DNA of 63,928 nt, counting the filler, from Saprolegnia diclina VS20 (Eukaryota): assembly GCF_000281045.1 (NCBI RefSeq). It is 3 parts of 2 records of this genome, joined end to end, with 100 filler letters (N's around TTAATTAATTAA, not from the genome) between each part and the next. Parts side by side here need not be neighbours in the genome. Positions count along the whole stretch, not along the records: positions 18,883 to 40,009 come from NW_008246150.1; positions 40,110 to 63,928 come from NW_008246150.1; 1 more part is not named here. One strand, written 5' to 3'. Both the position numbers and the translations under genes were made by a program. Numbering within the stretch: position 1 is the first letter of the stretch; each line of letters opens with the position of its first letter. A model generated the notes under the pieces. That model did no database searches. It was given only the letters and a program-made list of their open reading frames with translations, and had not been told where the DNA came from. This document shows positions 35,304 to 46,799 of the stretch, piece after piece.

Positions 35304-38300
35304 TTAATCGAAAAGCTGCCACATGAACTTCAATGCCCGCAGTTCGTCCAGATGGGACTCTGTCAAGTAAATTTGACTTTGCCGCAGCTGGTGCACGAGG
35401 CGTCCCAGCGGCACGTTGTTCTCTTCCGATACGTACGTGAACGGGACGTTCGAGTGCTCGTGCTTGATAAAGAACCGACGGAGTTCGCCGAGACAACTGC
35501 GCCACGGAAACTCGTCGTCGATGGGCTGCGTTGGCATAAAGACATGGTGGCCACGAGGTGGGCCCCACTCATTTGCGAGTCGGCGCCGAACGGACGCCGT
35601 CGTCTCCGTATTGTTTTGGCGGCGGCGGCGGACGTTGGTGCGGATCGCCTGCACCGGCATCGCATCGATGATGCCGTCGTCTTTGACGTCGTAGTCGATT
35701 CCCGCGCCGTCGTCTCCGTCGTTGTCGTTGTCGTCGTCGTCATCGGTGCTGCAGAGATCGATGGTTTCGTAGCACTTGCGTTTGCTCGGCTTGCTGCGTT
35801 TGATGGCCGTCTTGTCGATCTGCTTGTCGTCGTCACGATCAAAGCCACCTTTCACGTCGGCGGGAGTACTGGACGAGGCGCCCCGAGCCGAGGCAGTCGC
35901 GTTTTGCACGGGAGCCACTGGCACTGCTTCCACGATGGACGCTGGCGGCTCCGGCGCGGGCAGTAATGCAGCGTCGGTCGCGACGGCCACGGGCAAAGCG
36001 GCCCATCCAAAGCCAAGTGCATCAAGCTGAGCAACAATCGCCGGTACGACCTCGGCTGTTGTGAGGCGGCGCAACCCAAACACAACGTCGCCGAGTCGTA
36101 GGCCGTGTGTTGGCGCTGGCCAGGTGGCATTGGCATCGACTGTGAACGTACGAGGTACGTCCAAATGCCCGTTGAACGCCTTGAACATAGCGAGCGCCTG
36201 GAACTTGATCGCCCACCGAGCTTGGCGGTCGAATTGCCGATCGTCGAGGGCCGACTGCAGATGCGTAAACGCTTGTCCGACTTCGAGCTCGAGCAAAAAT
36301 GCGCCCACCGACAATGGTTGCAGTGCGACCGGACAAGCTGGCGATAAAGAGCCGAGGAGCGTCAAATCGCTCGGGCGTGGCGTCGCGTGGAGCCACAGAT
36401 CCAGCGCAACGAGGTGGTCGCAGCGCTCGTTCGTGTCGGCGTCAACAGCGAGCGCGGGAGCTGCTTGTACTGCCGGCTGCTCCTCAGCGACGCTTGGCAG
36501 AGGTACAACTGCTGGCAACTGTGGCATGACGACTGGCAACGGTCGCACGACTACTGGCAACGGCGCAGCGACGACTACTGGCAACGGCGCATCGATGACG
36601 GCTGGTTGGACGACCGTGGTGGTGGCTGCCGAGGCAAGGATGGCTGGCGCCGCCGAGTTCTCGTCGCTTGACAATGTTGTAGCTACTGGCGGCGGAGCGT
36701 CAGCTCCGATGGTATCATTGGTTGCGGCCGCAGAGATGGCGGGCGTCGCCGCGTTCACGCCCACCGATATTGACACAGCTTCTGGCATTGGAGCATCGGC
36801 TCCGATGGCATCGATTGCGGTGGTGGTCGTGGCCGGCAGCAAGTAGAGCTCTCTTGCCGAGACGAGCAACTTGACCCAATGGCCGAGGCGCATGCCGTGC
36901 ATGTCTTTCGGCCAACTGGCAGTTTGAGGCACGAGGAAGTCCTCTGGCACGTCCGTCAAGCCGCAGAGCGAGTGGTACGTGCGCAATCCGTCCACGATGT
37001 GCGCCCACGTCGCAGGCGAGTTAAACTCGAAGCCGATCGCCACCAGCTGGTTTGACTTGGCGAGTTTGAGATGCGCCATGCGCACACCGAGCGACCACGC
37101 GAGCTCGCCCAGCGGTGCGCCACGCCACGACGCCGACCATTCGGCGGGCACCACAAAGTCCAGCGGTACGGTCGTCTTGCCATCGCAGGAGAGACGAAAG
37201 GCCAGCTGGACAAAGACGTCAAAGGGCGGAACGTCAGTAAAGAGACCCAACGCTCGGACGGTTGCCTCGTCTTCTGGTGCGAGCTCAAACCAGTGGTATC
37301 GCAGCGACGGAAGCACATACGAGAGCACAATGCCGCTACTGCCAGCTGGCCAAGCGGCGTCGTTCAGAGGTACAGCAAAGCCCTTTGGCATCGCAAGCAC
37401 GTCGCCGACCAGGCACTGATACGTATGAAGGGCTGCGACCTGCGCAGCAATCGGGACCATCCCGACAGCAAGTGCATCGCGCGTCGTACGCTTGACGCAG
37501 CGGGTAGACGGAACCCAAAACGTCGGCCACGAGAAGCCCACGAGCTTGAGCTGCACCTCGAGTTTGTCGTCGAGCACTCGGGGATAATAGCGAAGGTTTT
37601 TTGCAAAGACGGCGACTGGGACACCTTGGAGCTGCGGCGGCCATGGCGATGCTATCGGAACCGGATACGACAAGAGCACGCGAGCCGACCCGCGCAAAAG
37701 TCGATAGAAACCGAGGGCGCACATCATGTCGTGGGTCGTCCAAGTGCGGGACTTCGGTGCTGGCGCGGTGGGTGGCAGCTCATCCGTGATGGCGCTGCGG
37801 TTGGCGACTCGGACGCCGAGAGCGCGGATCTCGTCGCACACGGGCAGCGAGAGTTGCTTGTGTTGCCAAAACCAGCGCAGACGCACACCCAGCTGAACGC
37901 CGCCACTGTCTGCTGGCCACGCAGAGCCACTCGCGGGCACGACAAATTCGTCTGGCACGGCAATATGGACGTCACGGACGACCCGCACAACGTCTCGGAG
38001 CTGCTGCAGAACCTCAACGCGTGCGTTTGCATCGCGCGGGGGTGCCCACAACGATGAGGCGACGGGCGGAATCTGCGTGAGCGCTGCAAAGGTTGATGCT
38101 GTGGTATGTGGCAGCAGACGCAGTCGCTTGGCCGTGTGCATGCGCTCGACATAGTGTCCAAGGCGCAGTCCGGCGAGGTCGCTCGGCCACGTAGCTGGAG
38201 CCACAAAGCTCGTTGGGACCGCCAGTGGACCGTACAGAGATCGAAAGTGCTCGAGACCACGTACGATGTTGGCCCACGTCGCGTCGACGTTGAAGACAAA

Positions 38301-39125
38301 GCCGGCTAGTTGCAGGTCGTCGTGCTGTGCAGCCTTGAGCGCCCGAGCCTTCAAGCCGACCGACCACGCAAGATCGCCGAGGGCCAAGCCGCGCCAGGCG
38401 TTGATCCAGAGACCGCCCATCCGAGGAACGACAAAGTCGATGCGCACGGCGCAAGAGCCAAATTCGTCGCGGTAGATGGCGAGCAGCTCAATAAACGAGC
38501 AAAAGTCGGGCAGATCGGCAAAATAACCGGCCTCACGGAGCCGGTCGGCGTCGGCCTCGGGTAGCTCGTAGACATACGCGCGCAGCGACGCGAGCGCGAG
38601 ATCGAGAGCGACGTAATGCATCGGAAGCGGCCACACGTCCGCTTCGGGCGGTACGATGAACCCGTCGGGCACATTGACGTGGCCGTGCAGACGCCGAAAG
38701 ACGAGAAGCGCCTCGATCTGCTCCGACCACGCGACGGTTTGAGCCAAGGGCGCTTGCTGGCCCGGCCGGTGCACGACGCAAAACGTCGCATTCTTGAACG
38801 ACAGACGCCAGAGGAATCCGAGCGCATCGAGGTCGCTAATTCGTTGCACTCGTTCGGACGTGTAAGCAATGCTTCGACAGCGCAGCTTGCAGACCACGAG
38901 ACCAAGCGGCAGGTGGTGCAAGTGCTGTGGGTACGACGTTGGCACGACGTACAGCTGTGGCACCTTCATATGACCGTGTGCTTGTCGATACAAGCACATC
39001 GCCTCGAACCGATGCGCCCAACTCCACTGGTGGCGTTGCACCCCGGACTCGGTAGCCCAGGTAACCGCCCAGGTTGTCGACGCTGCGCCGTCGTCCGACG
39101 CAGCCGCTTGAACATCGTCCGCCAT
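35304..39125 (-). CDS. Helicase-associated (HA, PF03457-like) repeat protein with no helicase domain
   Basis: Repeated W..RFEAMCLYRQAHGHMKVP....LGLVV..LR....LDALGFLW-type units, a Pro/Val-rich linker, and a terminal HA repeat (FFIKHEHSNVP...LGRLVHQLR...LRALKFMW). Confidence 0.85.
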   Translation of the reverse strand: MADDVQAAASDDGAASTTWAVTWATESGVQRHQWSWAHRFEAMCLYRQAHGHMKVPQLYVVPTSYPQHLHHLPLGLVVCKLRCRSIAYTSERVQRISDLDALGFLWRLSFKNATFCVVHRPGQQAPLAQTVAWSEQIEALLVFRRLHGHVNVPDGFIVPPEADVWPLPMHYVALDLALASLRAYVYELPEADADRLREAGYFADLPDFCSFIELLAIYRDEFGSCAVRIDFVVPRMGGLWINAWRGLALGDLAWSVGLKARALKAAQHDDLQLAGFVFNVDATWANIVRGLEHFRSLYGPLAVPTSFVAPATWPSDLAGLRLGHYVERMHTAKRLRLLPHTTASTFAALTQIPPVASSLWAPPRDANARVEVLQQLRDVVRVVRDVHIAVPDEFVVPASGSAWPADSGGVQLGVRLRWFWQHKQLSLPVCDEIRALGVRVANRSAITDELPPTAPAPKSRTWTTHDMMCALGFYRLLRGSARVLLSYPVPIASPWPPQLQGVPVAVFAKNLRYYPRVLDDKLEVQLKLVGFSWPTFWVPSTRCVKRTTRDALAVGMVPIAAQVAALHTYQCLVGDVLAMPKGFAVPLNDAAWPAGSSGIVLSYVLPSLRYHWFELAPEDEATVRALGLFTDVPPFDVFVQLAFRLSCDGKTTVPLDFVVPAEWSASWRGAPLGELAWSLGVRMAHLKLAKSNQLVAIGFEFNSPATWAHIVDGLRTYHSLCGLTDVPEDFLVPQTASWPKDMHGMRLGHWVKLLVSARELYLLPATTTTAIDAIGADAPMPEAVSISVGVNAATPAISAAATNDTIGADAPPPVATTLSSDENSAAPAILASAATTTVVQPAVIDAPLPVVVAAPLPVVVRPLPVVMPQLPAVVPLPSVAEEQPAVQAAPALAVDADTNERCDHLVALDLWLHATPRPSDLTLLGSLSPACPVALQPLSVGAFLLELEVGQAFTHLQSALDDRQFDRQARWAIKFQALAMFKAFNGHLDVPRTFTVDANATWPAPTHGLRLGDVVFGLRRLTTAEVVPAIVAQLDALGFGWAALPVAVATDAALLPAPEPPASIVEAVPVAPVQNATASARGASSSTPADVKGGFDRDDDKQIDKTAIKRSKPSKRKCYETIDLCSTDDDDDNDNDGDDGAGIDYDVKDDGIIDAMPVQAIRTNVRRRRQNNTETTASVRRRLANEWGPPRGHHVFMPTQPIDDEFPWRSCLGELRRFFIKHEHSNVPFTYVSEENNVPLGRLVHQLRQSQIYLTESHLDELRALKFMWQLFD

Positions 39126-39199
39126 CACAGCCAAGTGTAAAATGCAAGATCGCCATTCATCGAAATGGCCAACGGCCTTTGGCTTGGTCGCACAGGTGG

Positions 39200-39660
39200 A
39201 CTAGACCGTTGGTGCTTTGTCCGACGCCCCAACGAAACGCCATCTCGCATCCCATTGGTTGCCAAGACATGCGTCACGACCCGCGACGCAAAGTCTGTCG
39301 AGACGAGATGCTTGTGCGTGACGACAACGGAGCGAGCGACCGGGAGCCCAGCAAGGGATAGCGCAAGTGCTCTTCCAGAACGAGCGCTTGCATCGGCGTC
39401 AGCGTTGTCTTGTCGAGCGCACCCGGGTAGCCACAAGCACGTTGACGAGGCCCTTGTCGATAGGCTGCATGCGATCACAGCAGAGGCTATCTCCCTCGTT
39501 CAGGTACGCAACGTACCGAGCAAAGCGCGGGCCCCGTTCCAACGGCAAGGCTGCGAGGGCTGTGAACGCGGTGATGGCCGGTTCTTGGTTGATCGGCGCC
39601 CTACGCATATTCTTTTACTTCTCTACATAGACCAAGCCATTGACGAGCGCGACGCGGTGG
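39200..39660 (-). pseudogene. Remnant of a 2OG-oxygenase-derived gene (A/B type)
   Basis: MRRAPINQEPAITAFTALAALPLER...IDKGLVNVLVAT matches copy B MRLAPPNQEPAIAALTALAASPLDR...IDKGLVTVLLAT. Confidence 0.75.
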
Positions 39661-40109
39661 TGCAACTAAGTCTAGGTCTCAATAACGTTTGGTACTTGGC
39701 ACGCCAACAAGCGGCAGAGAAGAGGCTAACGTTATACCTGTTTGACACAACGTCCGGCTCGAAATGACATGCAGATGCTAGCGCCATAACGAAAGCATGG
39801 AAAAAGCGCTGGCGACACCGTAACAAGTCCAAGGCACGACGATCCTCTTGCACAAGAAGGACCACCGGGACTGTCCTGCCAACTACCGTCCGACCACGCC
39901 CAGGACGGCCTCCAGATCGACTCGACAACACACGCCGTGAGCTGCTTTGCAGACGACTCTCAACCATTTGCGACTAAATAAGCCACTCTTCAGCGCTCGT
40001 CGACCACTTNNNNNNNNNNNNNNNNNNNNNNNNNNNNNNNNNNNNNNNNNNNNTTAATTAATTAANNNNNNNNNNNNNNNNNNNNNNNNNNNNNNNNNNN
40101 NNNNNNNNN

Positions 40110-40693
40110 CTGGATCGCCATGTGCAACAGCGAGTCGCCTGTCTAAGAGAAAATACTAACTCACGACACGGAATCGAGTTTAGCACGCGTACCGAGGGCG
40201 ACGTGGCGTCCTTGGCGCCAGGTACGCTGGCAAAGAGGTACTCGACCACGGGCAACCGGTCGTGCTCGACGGCCGCCGCGATTGGTGCCCATTCGTACTA
40301 GGTCAATGACGTCATTATACGAGGATATAGGAGGAAAAAGTACGTCGGGAATGGCCGAGAAGCGCGTGTTCTCGACGACGAGGCGCACGAGATCGACGCG
40401 GCCAAACTTGGCGGCCAGCGACAGGATCGTATGTCCCTCCTATGAAGCATGGCGACTTACATTGGCTGCACACAATGCGTTGGTACGATTACCTTGTTGG
40501 TGGCGGCGAGGTCGTCGTCGTCCACGTCGTCGTCGTTGATGCGGTGGCGAATGGCGCTAAACCGGTTGCGACCAAAGAGCATCACCAGGGTCGCCAAGTC
40601 GTCCATGCCGCCAGGAAAGGCCGTCTCGGCCAGCATGTCGTTGACCGAGTCCGAGTGCTCGAGCTCCGAGCGCGCAAGTTCCCGTGCGCCCAT
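40110..40693 (-). CDS. N-terminal exons of an ankyrin-repeat protein (probably a TRP-like paralogue), truncated by the gap
   Basis: EGHTILSLAAKFGRVDLVRLVVENTRFSAIPD / YEWAPIAAAVEHD / TGDSLLHMAIQ. The exon pattern mirrors the 41958 gene (DFTSIPD / YELFPIIGAIAN). Confidence 0.65.
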
Positions 40694-41957
40694 GGCCGAG
40701 TCTTCAAAAATGATGCCATCGGTTGCCGCAGGATTGTGGCAGCTGGTGACGCCTATCACCAAGGTGACCGTGGTCCTCTCGCACCAGCTGGTTTTGAGGA
40801 AGCCCACATTGCCGTTTCGCCATGGTCTTGCGCCTTGGAACAGTTTTGCTCAACGATGGGGGACCGGTAGTAACTTTAGACAATGAGCTCTGAGGGGTTG
40901 GTTTTGCTGGTCGGTAGTGTCATCGACGTTCACCGGTGGCGGCGTACCAGGTACTATTGATGGACTGTTGAAGTTCCCGACTGCAGATCGCCATTTTCAG
41001 AGACTGGAACCACTGCAAAGAACGTGGTCGGACATCCGATAAGTTCGGAAGCGACGACGCTTTGGTCGCCCTCGCAAAAATGGACGCGATCCCCCGCAAA
41101 TGGTGGCCCAACTTTGAGGTCTTGGTCCCACGCCGCGTCCCTCTCTCGGCGTCTACATTCGGGTATGTACACCACCGTTGAGAGACGAATGGAGACTTTA
41201 CTACAGTGCTATAGCGTGGTGTACCGGTAGCAGAAGCATACATGAACCAGGACGAACCGATCACGGCGGCACGGCTTGCCGAGAACGATGCACTAGTATG
41301 TGCATCTTCCTCCTATCCGGATATAGTGATTCGCCATCGCCACAACTAAAATATATATGGTGTCGTGAAGTGAGTTTTCAGATTCATTCTCCACTCAACA
41401 TGTTGCGGATTTTTTGAAGCGAATGAACGCAAGGAAGGCCTATAAGATTCCATGCAGTACATTTCCCGAGTGTTTCGTAGCCGACGAGCTTAGCCGGCCT
41501 TATCCGCCGTTCCGCTTCACCAGTTTTTTATCACATAGTGCAGTGAAGCATAGAAGGATAGAGAGATAAAACGGCTCCAGTCGTTTCAGTTTCCATCTTC
41601 TAGGACACCAGACTTCCACCAAAGTGCTCCAACGCAGAAGCGAGTTTCTCGATGGGCATTGTGTCGCAACGAGAGGTAGTCTCCTACGGCGTCAGAGGTG
41701 TATCAATGGCCACAGAAAGTGGACACGGTAAACGGCGCAGAGGTGTTTTCACAGGGCTTGTTCTACTAGTACGCTGGACTAAGTTATTCGACTGAGTGAC
41801 CCTTCCCTCATTCATTGCGTGCTCACGCTATTATGTGTTAATGTCGACGCCACACCAATAATAATCTTCGAAAGTTGTCTTCGCGTGTGCTCTCCACGTC
41901 ATCGAAATCGAATGTCAGCGTCGCTTCGATCCCTCACATTCCGTAATTGCACGACCA

Positions 41958-44900
41958 ATGCACACCAAATGGAAAGCGGGCGGCAAGCTCGCCTACAACG
42001 CGGTCGCACCGCACTCGCCGCTGGATGTCTCGACGATGGACCCGCCCAACTCGGAGATCACGCAAGAGGACGATCCTGTGCTGATGCAAAACGTGGAGGG
42101 CATGTTTATGCTCGACCTCTTCCGCGCCGGCAACGTCGCCGCTGTCGTCGACCGCATCACCACCAAGGCGTACACGACCAACGACTTGACGCGCCATGTC
42201 GTAAGGCATCACCGATACACGCGTCCAAATAGCTCATCCTATCGACGTAGATGGGCGTGAACCTCTCGAGCGCCGCCTGTCGTGCGGGCAACCTCGAAGT
42301 TGTCGATCTCATTCTCACCGCGACCGACTTTACGAGCATTCCTGACGTACCACCGTTATATCGCATCATGTGTCATAGCTGTGCATTCTAGTATGAGCTT
42401 TTCCCGATCATTGGTGCCATTGCCAACAAGCACGAGCGCATCGTGCGTCGACTGCTGGCCGCGATCCCAACATCGGCGACCATCGCTCTGGACCATGTAC
42501 CATCATTCTTCATGACGTGGCACCCTCACACCTCACCTTGGTTGCATAGAAAGGCAACACGGCGCTGCACATTGCTGTCAAGTGCGGCGCGGGGGCCGTG
42601 GTCCACGAACTTTTACCGCATTCGAACGTCAATGCGTCCAACCGCGTACCTTGCATTGACATGATTTGGGACGGTGGACAATATGTCTTATTCTAGAGTG
42701 GACGTACGCCACTGCACATGGCCGTGCGCCGCGCGTCGTACGCCTGCGTCGATGCGCTTGTCAACATGGAAGCCCGTGTCGATGCCGTCGACAAAGTAGT
42801 GTGCAAGGAAAAGGATCCACCTCATCGTGGAGTAGAACGGAGACACGCCACTGCATCGCGCCGCGGCCAAGCCGCGCAGGCCCCTCGAGACAGTTCTTCG
42901 CATGTTGGACCGTCTATTTCGGGCCAACGCGAGTGTCGAAGTGCGCAACACGGTACATAATGCGCTATGCACACATACTGAGGCTCATCGTTACGTAGCA
43001 AGGTCTTCTGGCCGTCGACTTGGCGTCAAGCAAACCGCTTCAGGAAATAAGGGATGCGATTGCGGCGGAAGCGGAGTTCCGAAAGCGGTTCCCACGCCAC
43101 TGCCTTGCCCGCAATGGCAACTTTCGGCAAATCGACCAGTGGCTGGCGTCGATTGTGCCGCCGACCGACGTGCCGTTCACGCCGGTTCCCGGCACGAGCA
43201 TCCGCGACCAAGAAGTCCTCGACGGGAGCATGCAATTGCGGCTTGTGCGCTGCCCGAATGAGACGCAGTACCGCTTCCTCGGTATCAATGTCAACACGAC
43301 AGGCAAGCCATGGACAGTCGTGGGTGCCTGGTCGGTCCGCGACAACTCCGTGTCGATGGTGCAGTCGTACGCACTGGGCGACAGCCAGTACGCACGCGTC
43401 ACGTTTGTGGGACCGATCGACGTGGACACTGGCATTTGGACTGCGACATTTCTCGACGCGGCCAACCAGCTCACGGGCATCAACAAGTACACGTTTCCAC
43501 TCTGGTCGTGCCTGCGCTGCAACAAGGCCAAGCTGCCGATCGAGGGGAGTGAGTGCCTCAGCTGTATGGACCCCGGGCGGACTGCTCTGGAACTGATCAC
43601 CATGGCGCGTCTCATGTGTGCAACGGCATGGGAGAGCGACTTGAACATCCAGCTGCTCGAATGCATCTCGATGCTATCCCAGCTCACCAAATGCCCCATT
43701 ACACCGCAGGTAGACAAGTGATGTACATGTACCATGTATATATATCGCGTCGACCATGTAGGCATCGGTGACTCAATGCATTGGTCAATGCAGCGAGGGT
43801 AGTTTTTTCGACGAAGATTTCGCCAAGCTCGCCAGCGAAAACAACTGGACGGAGCTCATACAGCTCTTGGAAGAGAAGACATGGCCGGCTGTGCACGACT
43901 AGGCGAAACCCATTGGTAGGCCGCGTGGACACGCGCGGTGCGTCACTGGGACCAGACGGAGAAGAGCTACCAGCTCGTTGCTGCCAAGCAGCGCGTAAAG
44001 CAAGAACATCCGCGCTACTACGCCGTGAACGTCGAGACTGTAGCGAATGCTGTCGCTTTCATCCAGGTACATTGCTTGGCAAGCTGTGGTAAACAATGGG
44101 GCTTTGTTGTAACGCAGGCGGGTCGCATTGCACGCCGCAATTCTACTCAACCAAATAACCGCGATTCTCCAGCAGCTGGTGGACGACTGCGTCGATCTTG
44201 ACGCCAAGGACGAGGTAACCGAAGCAAAGGTCTGCGACAAATGATCGTCGGGTGTCTAGGCCGGGGAGACGGCGTTGATGCACGCGGCGCGGCTCGGCTA
44301 ACGTGGGTTTTCTCTTGAAGCACGGCGCCGACATGGATGTCCTCAATAAGGTGGCTTGCGAATAGGTATGAGGATCTCACCTCATACCTTGCCTAGGCTG
44401 GGCAGTCGGCGCTCCTCCTCGCTGCCCTTCATGGGCACGAAACCATTGTGCGGGAGCTATTGCTGCATTTGGCGGACCTCAACTTGTCGCCTTCGGTATT
44501 GAATTACCCTTCTGACATTATCCACGATCGTTGTGCATGGTGTAGACAACCGTTGCGTCCGTGCTTGCGAGTGCATCGCCACGTCCACCAATGCATGACG
44601 ATATTCAAGAAATCCTGGCGACCGAGGCACTACTGCGCGTCAAGTCGAATGAGCACCGTGCCAAGATCGCCAAGCGTCTGCGCCAGCTCGGCACAGAGGA
44701 GGCACTGACCACCAACGGATTTGCTAACGCCCTCACCAGCGACCCGGGGATCGCGAGCGGCTTCTTGAGCGACTGCGTCAAGCTCGACCGCCATGAAGTG
44801 TGCTTCACCGAGGTACACTAGTGTCTGTTAGAGGTCGTCTACTCAATCGTGGGACATATAGATGGAGCACATCTTTGGCCGCGACTACGAGTATTGCGTG

Positions 44901-46799
44901 CACTACCATCTCTTCGATCTCGAAACCAACGATCCGATATTGATCGATCGCGTTCAGACTGAGTGCATGGAACACATAACGATGCTGCGCCTGCTGCAGA
45001 TCAAATGGGAGCTCTTTGGCCGGCGCGCGTACCTCCAACAATGCCTCATCAACCTACTTTTGCTTATTCTCACGACCATCTCGTGCACGCTCTCGCCCGA
45101 CGGAGCACCCAACACAGCGGCGTTTGGCACTGGCGCTGCCACGCTCGTCTTTGTGGCGGTCAGCTACGGCATGGTGCAGTGGCTCCGGCCCCGGCCCCTC
45201 TGGCGCCTTGCACGGCTCACGTACGATCGGTCTTTCGAATTCGACCCTGACATGAAGATCCCAAAGCTGCGAGCGCGGAAAAGCCTCGTCAAGCAGCTGC
45301 TCGTTGTTGCGACCTTTGCGATCACGCTGCTTCTTGTGGTGCCCATCTTGTGGCTGCTGCTCTACTTTGAGCTCATCGATTGGTTTCCCGCTACGGCGCA
45401 TGCTCTTGTCGGGCTTGCGGCGCTCTATTTTTTGTACATTCAGCGGCAGGAGGCCACGAGCGACATGGAAGCGGTAAAGAAGTCGCGCCTCGCCAGGTTG
45501 CAACTGCTCCTGTACCTCATCATCGTGTGCGTCTACGTCCCGATGAAGCTCCACTGGCTGGACGCGTCAACATCTGTGCAAACAGGTCTCGGCAGCATCA
45601 TCACGATCGTGCTCTGGGTGCTCTCGCTGCAGTTTCTCAAAGTCGTGCCGGCGGTGAGTTTTCTCTTGCCCATGGTCGGCGACCTTCTCGTGGATGTGGG
45701 CAATTTTTTCATCTTCTTTGGGGTTGTCCAAGTCGGGCTCGCGCTCACGTTCTACCAGCTCTTCCGCGAAAAAGACGTTAAAGAGTTTAGCACCCTCTGG
45801 CAATCATTTGTGACGACATATTTTGTTACGTTTGGGAACGTCCCGCTCGACGCCATCTCGTCGTTTGATCCGGAGACCGAAAGCTTCTTGACGGCGTGCG
45901 CCACTTTGCTCTTCATGTGCCAATCAGCGACGATCGTTTTGCTGCTCATCAACGTCCTCCTCGCCATGATGAACAAGACGGTCGATGTTGGGCTCAACCG
46001 CGCCAAGAGCCAAGCCCTCTCAAGCTACGCCCAGAGCATCTTGCACTTGGAGATGTCCCAGCGAATGAACAAGAGTGAGCGCATGGACCTCATGGACTTC
46101 CGCCGCCCATCGCTCAAGGAGCCTGCGGGCTTGCTGAACCCGATCTTCACCGAGACACTTCCACGCGCCGAATGGCCCGTCTCGGCTGAGGACGACGCCG
46201 CGTTGACAGAGTACGCAGCGTCAAAAGAGGCGCCCAAGCGCAGTATGGAGGCCGCAAAGTGCCAAGTTGACGACGCGCTTGACGCATTCGAAGCAACGTT
46301 TGTCCGCGTCGGGCATTTCACACCGTTGGACGTCAAGAGCGTGTTCCGCACCGAGCTCACGCTCTTCGCGGCAACGAGGGCTCGAACCACCGACCTTTTC
46401 GCCTCTGCCACGGATGGGCCCACGACGTCCGTTCGTGTCCAGCGCGAGGTCGCCAAGCTCCGGGATGCCATCATTGACTTGTGGCAGCCCGACGTGCAAG
46501 GCGTTGTCGCTACGACGCCCCACGGCCAGTGCGTGCTTTTGTATCAGCTGTCGCACCAAGCGACGTTGAAAGAGATGGCGAAGCGGATGCTGGTGACGAT
46601 TGCGAACATTTTTGCACCGGCTCAAGAGCGCGTTGAAGCACCAGTGTCGGCAAACGACGAAATCGCGAGCCTCAAGAGCCTTCTGAACGACCACACGCGC
46701 CTTGTTCAGACGCTCTTGCTAGAGATGCAAGGGCTGCGCCAGCAAATGGAGACGACAACCGCACCCAAGAAGCAACGGGCGAGCCGAGGCAACGCCTAA
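41958..46799 (+). CDS. Ankyrin-repeat TRP-like cation channel, paralogue 1 (many exons; model uncertain at 43.7-44.2 kb)
   Basis: Ankyrin exons (GNTALHIAVKCG, TPLHMAVRR, GDTPLHRAA), pre-S1 LLQIKWELFG, multiple TM segments, pore YFVTFGNVPL, S6 LLLINVLLAMMNKT and a C-terminal coiled coil. Confidence 0.8.

Noticed and set aside
36500..36600. ACTGGCAAC tandem repeats
   Set aside because: They encode the PLPVV linker of the HA protein.
40900..41800. Short ORFs between the ankyrin fragment and TRP paralogue 1
   Set aside because: They are stop-interrupted with no recognisable homology, so I treated the region as intergenic.
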